A stretch of 60,556 bases of DNA from Candidatus Moranbacteria bacterium RIFOXYB1_FULL_43_19 (GTDB lineage Bacteria; Patescibacteriota; Minisyncoccia; Moranbacterales; UBA11712): contig MFSH01000006.1 of NCBI GenBank assembly GCA_001784875.1, positions 1 through 60,556 on the forward strand, written 5' to 3'. Numbering within the stretch: position 1 is the stretch's first letter; every line of letters starts with the position of its first letter. Below the pieces are notes generated by a model. The model was given only the letters and a program-made list of their open reading frames with translations. It had not been told where the DNA came from and searched no databases. A program made the position numbers and the translations under genes. Shown here piece after piece: positions 27,073-35,795 of this stretch.

Positions 27073-28376
27073 CACAAAGACCTATGAATGATATAAAATT
27101 GCCTGAAGAAAAAAATATAGAGCCGGCCAGAAGCTCTTTTCGAAAGCATTTTCGCTTTTTTTTGGTAATCGCGCTTTTGTGCGTCAGTTTTTACGGCGGA
27201 GTCTTTTATTCCCAGCATAAGTCCGCCAAAACCAACAAAACTGATATAATTCAAAATCTTCTTCTGGAAAGCCACGACAAAAATCAGCCGGGCGATGTTG
27301 ATTCGGATCTTTTTTGGGAAGCCTGGAACCTCGTCACTGAAAAATACGTCGACCCCTCGAAAGTTGACAAGAACAAGATGCTCTATGGCGCCATTTCCGG
27401 TATGGTAAAATCACTCGGCGATCCGTTTTCAAGCTTCATGAGTCCGGAAGAAAGCGATCAGTTTTCAGCCGACATGCAGGGAACTTTTGAGGGAATAGGC
27501 ACAGAAATAAGCATGAAAAATGATATTTTGACTGTTATCGCCCCGATCGGAGGAACTCCCGCAGATCAAGCGGGTCTCAAGGCCGGGGATATGATCTTGA
27601 AAATTGACGATACGGTGACGACTGATATGAGCGTCGACGAGGCGGTTTCAAAAATTCGCGGTCCGAAAGGAACGGAAGTGAGGCTGACGATCCTCCGTGA
27701 AAAAAACGGCAGCCCCAAGGAAATAGCCATTGTCCGCGATACCATAAACGTCAAGAGCGTAAAAATTGAATTCAAGGAAAACAACATCGCCGTCATCAAA
27801 ATATCCAAATTTGGAGACGACACAAGCTTTGAATTCAATAAGGCTGCCAATGAAATTGTCAACCGTAAAGCCTCGGGCATAATCGTCGACCTTCGAAACA
27901 ACCCGGGAGGATATCTGGAAACATCCGTCGAAATTGCCTCCAAGTTCGTTCCGAAAGACGCTCTCGTGGTCGCTGAAGAAAACCGGGGGGGAAGCCGAAC
28001 TGAATATAAAGCCGAAGGCGGAGACATCCTCAAGGGAATTCCCCTGGTGATTCTTGTGAATGGCGGCAGCGCCAGCGCTTCGGAAATATTGTCCGGCGCC
28101 TTGAGAGACGATTTGGGAGCAAAGCTCGTCGGCGCCAAGACTTTCGGGAAAGGCTCGGTCCAACAGCTTGAAAAAATGTCTGGCGGATCAAGTTTGCGCA
28201 TCACCATTGCGCGCTGGCTTACTCCCAAGGGAGATTATATAATGGAAAAAGGAATTGAGCCGGACATCAATGTTGATATTTCTGAGGAAGATTACAACAG
28301 CGGCCGCGATCCCCAGATGGACAAAGCGCTTGAAATTTTAAAAGAGGAAATAAGCGCCCTGTCAAAAAATTCGTAG
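27069..28376 (+). CDS. S41 family carboxyl-terminal processing protease (PDZ)
   Basis: GMVKSLGDPFS, FEGIG, DLRNNPGG, VNGGSASASEI, KTFGKGSVQ; ATGA overlap with GT2. Confidence 0.94.
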   Translation: MTQRPMNDIKLPEEKNIEPARSSFRKHFRFFLVIALLCVSFYGGVFYSQHKSAKTNKTDIIQNLLLESHDKNQPGDVDSDLFWEAWNLVTEKYVDPSKVDKNKMLYGAISGMVKSLGDPFSSFMSPEESDQFSADMQGTFEGIGTEISMKNDILTVIAPIGGTPADQAGLKAGDMILKIDDTVTTDMSVDEAVSKIRGPKGTEVRLTILREKNGSPKEIAIVRDTINVKSVKIEFKENNIAVIKISKFGDDTSFEFNKAANEIVNRKASGIIVDLRNNPGGYLETSVEIASKFVPKDALVVAEENRGGSRTEYKAEGGDILKGIPLVILVNGGSASASEILSGALRDDLGAKLVGAKTFGKGSVQQLEKMSGGSSLRITIARWLTPKGDYIMEKGIEPDINVDISEEDYNSGRDPQMDKALEILKEEISALSKNS

Positions 28377-28432
28377 TTTTTTGATTGTCGGCATTTATTG
28401 TTTTGGAGCAGGGCGAAATAATTTTCCAGGCC

Positions 28433-28461
28433 TTGGCAGCTTTTGAATTTTTCTATATAAT
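28433..28461 (+). promoter_or_regulatory. Putative sigma70 promoter of rplI
   Basis: TTGGCA-17 nt-TATAAT. Confidence 0.6.
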
Positions 28462-28484
28462 CATTGCAAGGGACCGAAAAAAAT

Positions 28485-28937
28485 ATGAAAGTCATACTAA
28501 CGAAAGATGTCGAAAATCTCGGCAAGGAGGGAGAGATAAAGGAGGTCGCAGATGGATTTGCGAGAAATTTTTTGATTCCAAGGAATATGGCGGAGCCGGC
28601 GACAGACACAGCCATAAAAAACGCTGAAGGGAGAAAGAAACAGAAGACCGAAACTGCCAAAGTCGAGCTTGAAGAGGCTCAAAAACTTGCCGAACAGCTT
28701 GAGGGACGCGAACTCTTCATAAAAGTCAAAGAAGAAGAAGGGAAGCTTTTCGGTTCAGTGAACGAAAAAACGATTGCCAAAACTTTCAAAGACGAGGGAA
28801 TTTCCATCAATCCGGAAAGCATCAAGCTGGCTGAGCCAATCAAGGATATAGGTGAATACGACGCTCAAATCAGCCTCGACCACGGCCTTGAAGCCAATAT
28901 CAAACTGATTCTTGTAAGCGAAGAGGAAGAGAAATAA
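28485..28937 (+). CDS. rplI: 50S ribosomal protein L9
   Basis: MKVILTKDVENLGKEGEIKEVADGFARNFLIP, GKLFGSV. Confidence 0.97.
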   Translation: MKVILTKDVENLGKEGEIKEVADGFARNFLIPRNMAEPATDTAIKNAEGRKKQKTETAKVELEEAQKLAEQLEGRELFIKVKEEEGKLFGSVNEKTIAKTFKDEGISINPESIKLAEPIKDIGEYDAQISLDHGLEANIKLILVSEEEEK

Positions 28938-28970
28938 TTCTTTTTCCTGCATTTTGATAATTTTGGATAG

Positions 28971-28995
28971 GGGTGAGTTTATCACCCTTATTTTC
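28971..28995 (+). terminator. Possible terminator hairpin after rplI
   Basis: GGGTGA-GTTTA-TCACCC then TTATTTT. Confidence 0.45.
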
Positions 28996-29006
28996 GTAAA
29001 ATGCTT

Positions 29007-29076
29007 TACGAATATGCGAATCCAAGAAAATTCGTAATTCGTATATTTGTAGAGCGAAGCGAATTCGTAATTCATA
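29007..29076. repeat. Inverted plus direct heptamer array (ATTCGTA) upstream of pyrG
   Basis: TACGAAT and TGCGAAT (reverse complement units), then ATTCGTA x2, GAGCGAAGCGA, ATTCGTA ATTCATA. Confidence 0.7.
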
Positions 29077-29086
29077 AAGAATATCC

Positions 29087-30712
29087 ATGAAACCGAAATA
29101 CATTTTTGTCGTAGGGGGAGTAATGAGCGGAGTCGGAAAAGGAACCACGACGGCTTCGATCGGAAATATTCTTCAATCCAAAGGATACCGTATTACAGCC
29201 ATGAAAATTGACCCGTACCTCAATGTTGACGCAGGCACGATGAATCCGACCGAGCACGGAGAAGTTTTTGTTTTGAACGACGGGATGGAAACCGACCAGG
29301 ATATGGGGCATTATGAAAGATTTATCAATCTGACCCTCCCTAACATAAACTATATGACCAACGGGATGGTCTACAAAGCCATTATCGACCGAGAGCGATC
29401 GATGGGCTATGGCGGCCGGTGCGTTGATGTCGTTCCGGATGTCCCGAGGGAAATCATCAGCCGGATTCGAAAAGCGCAACAAAAATCGAATGCAGAAATA
29501 ATGCTTATCGAAATCGGAGGGACACTTGGAGAATACCAGGGACTTCTTTTCCTTGAAGCAGGAAGGATGCTTCGCCTTGAAAACCGGGGTGACGTTCTTT
29601 TTGTCCTTGTGAGCTATCTCCCTGTTCCGCCAAAAATTGGAGAAATGAAGACTAAGCCGACGCAATACGCCGTCCGGTCTTTGAACGCTGCCGGCATCCA
29701 GCCGGATATGATTATTGCCCGGTCGGAAATAGCCCTTGACAAAAAACGCAAAGAAAAACTGGCCGACCATTGCAACTTGAAGGAAGAAGACATCATCAGC
29801 GCGCCAGATGTTGACAGCGTCTATGAAGTTCCGCTTAACTTCGAAAAAGACGAACTTAGCAAGACAATTCTTAAAAAATTAGGCCTCCGGCCTAAAAAAA
29901 AGGATCTGGTAAAATGGCGGGCCATGGTCAATAATATCAAAGCCTCGAAAAAGCCGCTTCGCATCGGGATTGTTGGAAAATATTTTGGCACAGGAGACTT
30001 TGTCCTTTCGGACGCTTATATTTCTGTCATTGAGGCCATAAAGCACGCTTGCTATTTCCACCGGCGAAAGCCAGTTGTCGACTGGCTCAATTCCGAGGAA
30101 TATGAAAAGAATCCGGCCAAAGTCCGGGAACTCAAAAAATACGCCGGCATCATTGTGCCTGGAGGATTTGGGGAGCGGGGAGTGGAGGGAAAGATCAAGG
30201 CCATTGAATTCTGTCGCAAAAACAAAATTCCCTATTTCGGCCTTTGCTACGGAATGCAGCTCCTCGTGATTGAATTCGCGCGAAATGTCTTGGGCCTCAA
30301 GGGCGCAAACACAACTGAAATAAACCGCAACACGAAATTTCCGGTGATCGATATTATGCCTGAACAGAAGAAAAATCTGGCCGACAAAAATTACGGCGCT
30401 TCGATGCGGCTGGGTTCTTATCCGGCAGCCCTCAAGAAAAATACTATCGCTTTTGACGCCTATAAAAGCCAGCTGATTTCCGAACGCCACCGCCACCGCT
30501 GGGAAGTAAATCCGGAGTATATTGAGAAAATTGAAGCCATGGGACTTGTCTTTTCCGGAAAATCTCCCGACGGACGCCTGATGGAAATCGCCGAACTGTC
30601 CAAAAAATCACACCCTTTCTTTTTAGGAACCCAGTTCCATCCTGAATTCAAATCTTCGCCAGTGATTCCTCATCCGCTTTTCAGGAATTTTATCAAAAGT
30701 GCGATAAAATAA
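29087..30712 (+). CDS. pyrG: CTP synthase
   Basis: GGVMSGVGKG, KIDPYLNVDAGTMNPTEHGEV, KTKPTQ, GLCYGMQ, QFHPEF. Confidence 0.98.
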   Translation: MKPKYIFVVGGVMSGVGKGTTTASIGNILQSKGYRITAMKIDPYLNVDAGTMNPTEHGEVFVLNDGMETDQDMGHYERFINLTLPNINYMTNGMVYKAIIDRERSMGYGGRCVDVVPDVPREIISRIRKAQQKSNAEIMLIEIGGTLGEYQGLLFLEAGRMLRLENRGDVLFVLVSYLPVPPKIGEMKTKPTQYAVRSLNAAGIQPDMIIARSEIALDKKRKEKLADHCNLKEEDIISAPDVDSVYEVPLNFEKDELSKTILKKLGLRPKKKDLVKWRAMVNNIKASKKPLRIGIVGKYFGTGDFVLSDAYISVIEAIKHACYFHRRKPVVDWLNSEEYEKNPAKVRELKKYAGIIVPGGFGERGVEGKIKAIEFCRKNKIPYFGLCYGMQLLVIEFARNVLGLKGANTTEINRNTKFPVIDIMPEQKKNLADKNYGASMRLGSYPAALKKNTIAFDAYKSQLISERHRHRWEVNPEYIEKIEAMGLVFSGKSPDGRLMEIAELSKKSHPFFLGTQFHPEFKSSPVIPHPLFRNFIKSAIK

Positions 30713-30763
30713 ATTCAGGGGAGGTTTGCAGTTCGTTTCCAACAAAATTTGCGGAGGGCAATC

Positions 30764-31192
30764 ATGATAGCAATTCACAAAAAAAAGGCCCGCAACTGTG
30801 GGAAATGCGATACTGTCAAAAACCTGACGCTACACCATATTTTGCCGAAAAGATGGTTTCAGAACAGCTTGAAAATAACCCTATGCCGGCATTGTCATGA
30901 CAAGCTGGAAGTGCTTATTCACGAAAAAGAAAGAGTGAACAGAGGCACACTTTCTGTTTGTGAATATTTCAACCTGGCTATCGGCTTTGTTCTTGTCGAA
31001 ACCCGTGACTTGGAAAATGAGCCGCTGATTCTAGACAGCTATACTCTCGTTCTTGACAATCCGGAAAGCGTCAAAAGAAAAAACGGTCAACTGACCATTT
31101 TTCTCAAGAAATCCATTGACTATCTTTCTGATTTAAACATCAGCAATGTCTGCTTTTTTCAGGATATACTTTTTATTTGTGAAAACATTTGA
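30764..31192 (+). CDS. HNH-endonuclease-like protein with C-terminal extension
   Basis: CGKC...LTLHHILP...ITLCRHCHDKLE; SD GGAGG 6 nt before ATG 30764. Confidence 0.7.
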   Translation: MIAIHKKKARNCGKCDTVKNLTLHHILPKRWFQNSLKITLCRHCHDKLEVLIHEKERVNRGTLSVCEYFNLAIGFVLVETRDLENEPLILDSYTLVLDNPESVKRKNGQLTIFLKKSIDYLSDLNISNVCFFQDILFICENI

Positions 31193-31225
31193 CGCCACCG
31201 CCAAAAACGGTGGCGCAACTTTTTT
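31193..31225 (+). terminator. Intrinsic terminator after the HNH gene
   Basis: CGCCACCG-CCAAAAA-CGGTGGCG then CAACTTTTTT. Confidence 0.7.
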
Positions 31226-31285
31226 ATTAAGAATAGTCAAAAATATAATACAATTTAATAAGAAGTTCTTAAAATCGCGATAAAA

Positions 31286-31314
31286 TAAAAAGCTCCAGGC
31301 CTGAAGACCTGGAG
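31286..31314 (-). terminator. Intrinsic terminator of the 31769 gene
   Basis: Minus strand CTCCAGG-TCTTCAGG-CCTGGAG then CTTTTTATTTT. Confidence 0.65.
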
Positions 31315-31331
31315 AGATACAGTTTGTATTT

Positions 31332-31769
31332 TTAGGCTTCGATAACAATGTTATTGCAATTGCCTAACAATACAGGAGCCGGGGATGATAATACGGCTAC
31401 CCTGAAATGCCGGTAAAGGACCACTATAGTGTCATATGACACTTGATGCCTTGCAATGCGTTGGTCCTCGTTTCCGTTGTATTCCCAGACCGTTACCCAA
31501 CATCCAAGATTAGGGTCATAATTTGAATCATCTTTTCCCTTGGCGATCAAAACGGCCGGGACAAAAAACGTTTTCACATATTCCGAGTGATCCGGGCAGA
31601 TATGGAATTTGTTTTCTTCCAAAACCACGTCTCCCCGCCGTGCCTCCTTGACTTTAGGATGAACACCGAAAACGATTTCCAGGCTATTGTTCCTCAAATT
31701 CTCCTTCCACGGCCCGAAGTGACATCCAATAATATCGCATACCTTATGAGGAATTTGTATTGTGGCCAC
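31332..31769 (-). CDS. Hypothetical protein with a possible zinc site
   Basis: GTG start with SD AAGGAGGAG; CDIIGC...HICPDH motif; 145 aa. Confidence 0.7.
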   Translation of the reverse strand: MATIQIPHKVCDIIGCHFGPWKENLRNNSLEIVFGVHPKVKEARRGDVVLEENKFHICPDHSEYVKTFFVPAVLIAKGKDDSNYDPNLGCWVTVWEYNGNEDQRIARHQVSYDTIVVLYRHFRVAVLSSPAPVLLGNCNNIVIEA

Positions 31770-31813
31770 TTCCTGTCTCCTCCTTAGGAAATATAAATCT
31801 TTGAAGCAAAATA

Positions 31814-32086
31814 TCACTCCACATTCACAAACTGCGCTCTTTCGAGTTTTCCCGTGAATTTGCGGATTTTTTTGGCAGTGAATTTCACGACTCCATCGGC
31901 CATGGCAAAAAGCGTGTCATCGCTGCCGCGTTTCACGTTTTTTCCCGCCCGAAATTTCGTCCCGCGCTGGCGGATGATAATATTCCCAGTTTTTACTTTT
32001 TCTCCGCCGAATTTTTTGACGCCGAGCCGTTTTGAGATTGAATCGCGGCCCAGTTGAGTCGAACCACCGGCTTTTCTGTGTGCCAT
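31814..32086 (-). CDS. rpmA: 50S ribosomal protein L27
   Basis: [28 protein letters not shown]. Confidence 0.98.
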   Translation of the reverse strand: MAHRKAGGSTQLGRDSISKRLGVKKFGGEKVKTGNIIIRQRGTKFRAGKNVKRGSDDTLFAMADGVVKFTAKKIRKFTGKLERAQFVNVE

Positions 32087-32125
32087 AGAAGAAATCTAAA
32101 TCTAAAATCGAAAATTTTTAAACTT

Positions 32126-32154
32126 TTGAAGACTATTGGATTTTATATTATAAT
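32126..32154 (+). promoter_or_regulatory. Putative leaderless sigma70 promoter
   Basis: TTGAAG-17 nt-TATAAT; ATG at 32162 lies 7 nt after the -10 box. Confidence 0.6.
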
Positions 32155-32161
32155 ATGGCAA

Positions 32162-32632
32162 ATGTCAACCTTCGAGGAAATATACAACAAAAAATTGCCT
32201 TTGAAACCTGCGCCTCCGCGAAGAATAAAGTCTTTTTGGCTTAAGTATGGGGAAAAAATCATTCTTGCCTTCGGCATAATCTTGATTGCGCTGGTTTCTT
32301 TTGAAGCCGGATATCTCAAAGGCCAGAAAAACAATGAAGAACCGATCGAAATCAAACAACCGGCTTGCGCGCCTTGTCCGAAGACTGCTGAAAAAGCAAA
32401 TGCTAATTCTGCCAGCAGCAATTCCCAGCAAAATTATCAGGATAAAACCGGCAATCAGCCCAATGCCGAAAATCAAAAATGTTCTTTCGTGGCCAGCAAA
32501 AATTCGAACAAATATCACCTCGCAACCTGCCAATGGGCGGAAAGAATAAAACCGGAAAATAAAATATGTTTTTCCTCTGAAGAAGAGGCGGAGAGCAGGG
32601 GATACCAGGGCGCCAAATGCTGTATCAAATAA
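32162..32632 (+). CDS. Membrane-anchored protein with a C-terminal Ada-type metal-binding domain
   Basis: TM helix LAFGIILIALVSFEAGY; FVASKNSNKYHLATC.WAERIKPENKICFSSEEEAESRGY. Confidence 0.8.
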   Translation: MSTFEEIYNKKLPLKPAPPRRIKSFWLKYGEKIILAFGIILIALVSFEAGYLKGQKNNEEPIEIKQPACAPCPKTAEKANANSASSNSQQNYQDKTGNQPNAENQKCSFVASKNSNKYHLATCQWAERIKPENKICFSSEEEAESRGYQGAKCCIK

Positions 32633-32644
32633 GGCTTGAAAGGG

Positions 32645-33151
32645 CTAATCTCCCAAATCTTCCTTGTGAAGCAGATGGATATTTTTTCGATTTCCCTTGA
32701 AGTTCAGAAAAAACAGCAAAAGAAAATAGGCGGCTAGCGCGGCAATCCCGGCCGCAAGAAAATACCCGCACGCCAGAGGAAGCGTGAGATCAAAAAAAAC
32801 GGACTTTGTAAAAAAACTTTTTATGCCAAGCCGATAAGTATCCTCAAAGCAGGTCTTCATGTCCTGGTAATCTACTCCGAAAATCGCGCCCCCGATGAAC
32901 GCCGCCGGAGCGAAAAACAAAAAATTTGTCCAGATATTCATCACACCGGCGACAGCCAGCGCGGCTAAACGGTTGAAACGAAGAATGCTCGAAATGACAA
33001 GCGTGGCTAGAAAACCCATTCCCGGGACGACACCCAGAAATATGCCCAGCGCCGCACCCGCCGCGATCTTGTGCGGCGTGTCATCAATCAAAAAAAATCG
33101 TTTCAAAAAATATTTTACTTTATCCTTGAAATAATTCACAGAGACTGCCAT
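32645..33151 (-). CDS. DUF2062 family membrane protein
   Basis: DDTPHKIAAGAALGIFLGVVP, RFNRLAA...NIWT. Confidence 0.88.
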   Translation of the reverse strand: MAVSVNYFKDKVKYFLKRFFLIDDTPHKIAAGAALGIFLGVVPGMGFLATLVISSILRFNRLAALAVAGVMNIWTNFLFFAPAAFIGGAIFGVDYQDMKTCFEDTYRLGIKSFFTKSVFFDLTLPLACGYFLAAGIAALAAYFLLLFFLNFKGNRKNIHLLHKEDLGD

Positions 33152-33184
33152 TGCTAAATCTTGCTATCGCAAAAATTAGCAATA

Positions 33185-34336
33185 TTATGACTTTTTAATA
33201 AAAAAACTCTTGCTTTCTTTGTCTACGATTTTCGCTTTTTCAGCTTCCTTGCGCGTTTTAAATGGCAAAACGCCGAGAATATTTTTCAAGGCGATGCCGT
33301 CAATCTTGAGCACGTCTTCCCATTTGTCCAGCGGCTCTAAAATCGCGCGCAGTTTTTCTTTGTCGTATTTATAAGCCTTTCGAAGCGTCCGCAAAATTCG
33401 CCCGGCATCGGAAAAAACCTGTTCCACGTTCTCCTGGTCCATATAGCCGGATAATATCTCCTGCAGCTCTCCGATGCGATCCGTTTTTGATTTCACTTCG
33501 TCCTTAAGCGAAATATACTCTTCAATAATCTTTTCCGTATCGATATCTTTTTTCGCTTTATCTTTGAATTTGTGTTTCCACATCGGGCAGATATTCTGGT
33601 ATCCGCACCAGTCGCAAAGCCCGGAAATCTGCGGTTCAAACTTTGATTGGCTTATTTGATTGATGAGGTCGAGCATTAATTCTTCGCTTTTCTTTACCTC
33701 GTCAAGTGTCCTTTGCGAGGTGAGTTTCACTCCGTGCTTGAGATAATAGAGGCTGACTTTTATTTTTCCAAGATTGTCAATTTCTTTCGGATAGCGCTTG
33801 AGAAATCCCGCGAGATATATCGAAAGCTGGAGATCGTTGTCCACTTTTTCCTGGCTCGGCAGCTTGCGGGTGGTTTTATAATCAATAATTTCGTATCCGT
33901 CTTCAGTTTTATCTATCCTATCAATTATGCCACTTACTATGTGATTTTCTTTTTTTACCCCGTGGTCCGACTTGTCGGACTTTACGGAGCCTATTTCGAC
34001 CTGAAAACGGGATTCAAGATCTATGATGTTTGTCTTTGCTGGATCATTTTTTTTGTAATAATCCTGAAGCATGGAAACTCCCTGCGCGAAGGCCGATCGC
34101 TCTTCCGTTTCATCCGCAAAAACCTCGGCGTTCCAATTTTTGGAAAAAAAATCAAGCGCCTGCTCGAGAGTTGGAGAAAGAATACCCGGCGTGTGGACAA
34201 CTTTCAAAGTGTTATGAAGAAGCGTGCCGAAAAACTGCTCTTTTGATTTCGGAGTTTTTAGGCGGTCTATTTGCTGGTATTTGTATTTCCGGGGACACGT
34301 CAGAAACGTGTCGAGGGCGGAATAGGAGGTGTTCAT
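33185..34336 (-). CDS. PD-(D/E)XK nuclease (AddB/RexB C-terminal-like, 4 Cys)
   Basis: SYSALDTFLTCP, GTLLH, GIIDRID, IIDYKT, QLSIY, CDWCGYQNICP; start taken at MNTSYS (34336). Confidence 0.88.
   Translation of the reverse strand: MNTSYSALDTFLTCPRKYKYQQIDRLKTPKSKEQFFGTLLHNTLKVVHTPGILSPTLEQALDFFSKNWNAEVFADETEERSAFAQGVSMLQDYYKKNDPAKTNIIDLESRFQVEIGSVKSDKSDHGVKKENHIVSGIIDRIDKTEDGYEIIDYKTTRKLPSQEKVDNDLQLSIYLAGFLKRYPKEIDNLGKIKVSLYYLKHGVKLTSQRTLDEVKKSEELMLDLINQISQSKFEPQISGLCDWCGYQNICPMWKHKFKDKAKKDIDTEKIIEEYISLKDEVKSKTDRIGELQEILSGYMDQENVEQVFSDAGRILRTLRKAYKYDKEKLRAILEPLDKWEDVLKIDGIALKNILGVLPFKTRKEAEKAKIVDKESKSFFIKKS
33960..33987. repeat. In-frame palindrome within the nuclease gene
   Basis: CCGT-G-GTCCGAC-TT-GTCGGAC-TTT-ACGG; encodes VKSDKSDHG. 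Confidence 0.55.
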
Positions 34337-34342
34337 GTTGGC

Positions 34343-34407
34343 TTGAAGGTTCGACATTGAGGAATTTTCCGACGAATAGTCGGAAAAGGGAAAGGTCGAA
34401 CCTTGAA
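34343..34407. repeat. Nested palindromic element upstream of the nuclease gene
   Basis: TTGAAGGTTCGACATT vs AAGGTCGAACCTTGAA (14/16 inverted), flanking TTTTCCGAC-GAATA-GTCGGAAAA. Confidence 0.75.
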
Positions 34408-34473
34408 ATTCAAGATTCAAAATTTACCAGTGCCTAATACGCATCTTAACCGCCTTTCCTTCCTTCCGCAAGC

Positions 34474-34482
34474 TGGTATAAT
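34474..34482 (+). promoter_or_regulatory. Extended -10 promoter upstream of the methyltransferase
   Basis: TGGTATAAT (TGn-TATAAT). Confidence 0.45.
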
Positions 34483-34609
34483 GAAAGAAATCAGCCTGTT
34501 TGAAATACCGCCCTTGCGCGAATAGTGATATAGTGATAATATATTGCCAAACAAGTATTTGAAAGATGGCAGCGCAACGAGAAAGAGTGCAGGAGCAAGA
34601 AATAAATTT

Positions 34610-35740
34610 ATGGCGACCAAATCATCGAACAAAAATTTGCACAAGGCGAGCCTTGCCAAGAAAGACGAGTTTTACACTCAACTTGACGATATTGAGAAAG
34701 AGCTAAAACACTACAAAGATCAATTTCGGGGCAAGGTTGTTTATTGCAATTGCGATGATCCGTTTGAGAGCAATTTTTTTAAGTATTTTGCTTCCAATTT
34801 CAACGCGTTAAAGCTAAAAAAACTTATCGCCACAAGCTATGTCAAGTCGCCGATTGTTGGTGGCCAATTGTCTTTATTTGAAATGGAAGGATTGAAGCCG
34901 GAAGGCAAGGAGCCGTTCAAAATCGAAATTAGCGAGGTGTCGGACGTTAATTCTGATGGTGCGGTTGGCCTCACAGATATCGAGTGGTTGCTTCGACATG
35001 ATGCCAATGTCTCGTCGTCCCTCAAGGATGGCGGCGATTTCCGCAGCCAGGAATGTATTGAGCTACTCAAAGAAGCTGATATAGTCGTAACTAATCCGCC
35101 ATTCTCTCTGTTTCGGGAGTATCTCACACAACTCATTGAATACAACAAAAAATTTTTGATTATTGGTAACGTAAATGCAATTACTTATAGAGAGTGTTTC
35201 AAGCTTATAAAAGATAATAAAATGTGGCTCGGGGCAAGCATTCATAGTGGCGATCGAGAGTTTCGAGTGCCCGACAGTTATCCGCTTAATGCGGCAGGGT
35301 TTAGAGTTGATGAAAATGGCAATAAATACATTCGTGTCAAAGGCGTACGTTGGTTCACAAATTTAGACTACAAGGAGCGTCACGAAGAGTTGACCTTGTA
35401 TAAAAATTACAATCCTGAAGAATATCCAAAATATGAGAATTATGATGCAATTAATGTCAATAAGGTTTTAGAAATTCCGAAGGATTATAATGGTATTATT
35501 GGTGTACCAATTACCTTTCTCGATAAATATAATCCGGAACAATTCGAGATTATTGGTTTAGGTATATCTAATTCGGGAAAAGAAATTGGGGTTAAGCCAT
35601 ATAAAGAAGAGCATAAAAAATATAGAAAAGAAATTCAAAAAAGAGGTGCCGTTGATGGTGATTTATATATGATTACAAAAGGAATAGTTGATGTTCCCTA
35701 TGCGAGAGTTATTATAAAAAATAAGAAAGCAAAAAAATAA
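34610..35740 (+). CDS. Adenine-specific DNA methyltransferase, EcoRI family
   Basis: KKDEFYTQL, VYCNCDDPFESNF, GDFRSQEC, VVTNPPFSLFREY (motif IV NPPF), WFTNLD, YARVIIK. Confidence 0.92.
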   Translation: MATKSSNKNLHKASLAKKDEFYTQLDDIEKELKHYKDQFRGKVVYCNCDDPFESNFFKYFASNFNALKLKKLIATSYVKSPIVGGQLSLFEMEGLKPEGKEPFKIEISEVSDVNSDGAVGLTDIEWLLRHDANVSSSLKDGGDFRSQECIELLKEADIVVTNPPFSLFREYLTQLIEYNKKFLIIGNVNAITYRECFKLIKDNKMWLGASIHSGDREFRVPDSYPLNAAGFRVDENGNKYIRVKGVRWFTNLDYKERHEELTLYKNYNPEEYPKYENYDAINVNKVLEIPKDYNGIIGVPITFLDKYNPEQFEIIGLGISNSGKEIGVKPYKEEHKKYRKEIQKRGAVDGDLYMITKGIVDVPYARVIIKNKKAKK

Positions 35741-35761
35741 ATTAGGAAAAATGTATAGACT

Positions 35762-35784
35762 TTCCTAAAGTCGAACTTTAGGAA
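35762..35784. repeat. Perfect palindrome at the MTase-rhuM junction
   Basis: TTCCTAAAGT-CGA-ACTTTAGGAA; same GT-CGA-AC core as the 20679 and 34392 repeats. Confidence 0.75.
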
Positions 35785-35795
35785 TAAGATAACTT

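Noticed and set aside
33185-34336. Cas4 or CRISPR association of the 4-Cys PD-(D/E)XK nuclease
   Set aside because: No CRISPR array or other cas gene is in the window; the motifs fit a stand-alone AddB/RecB-like nuclease.
34337-34420. N-terminal extension MNLEFQGSTF... of the nuclease
   Set aside because: It consists of palindromic and heptamer repeat DNA; the family motif starts at MNTSYSAL.
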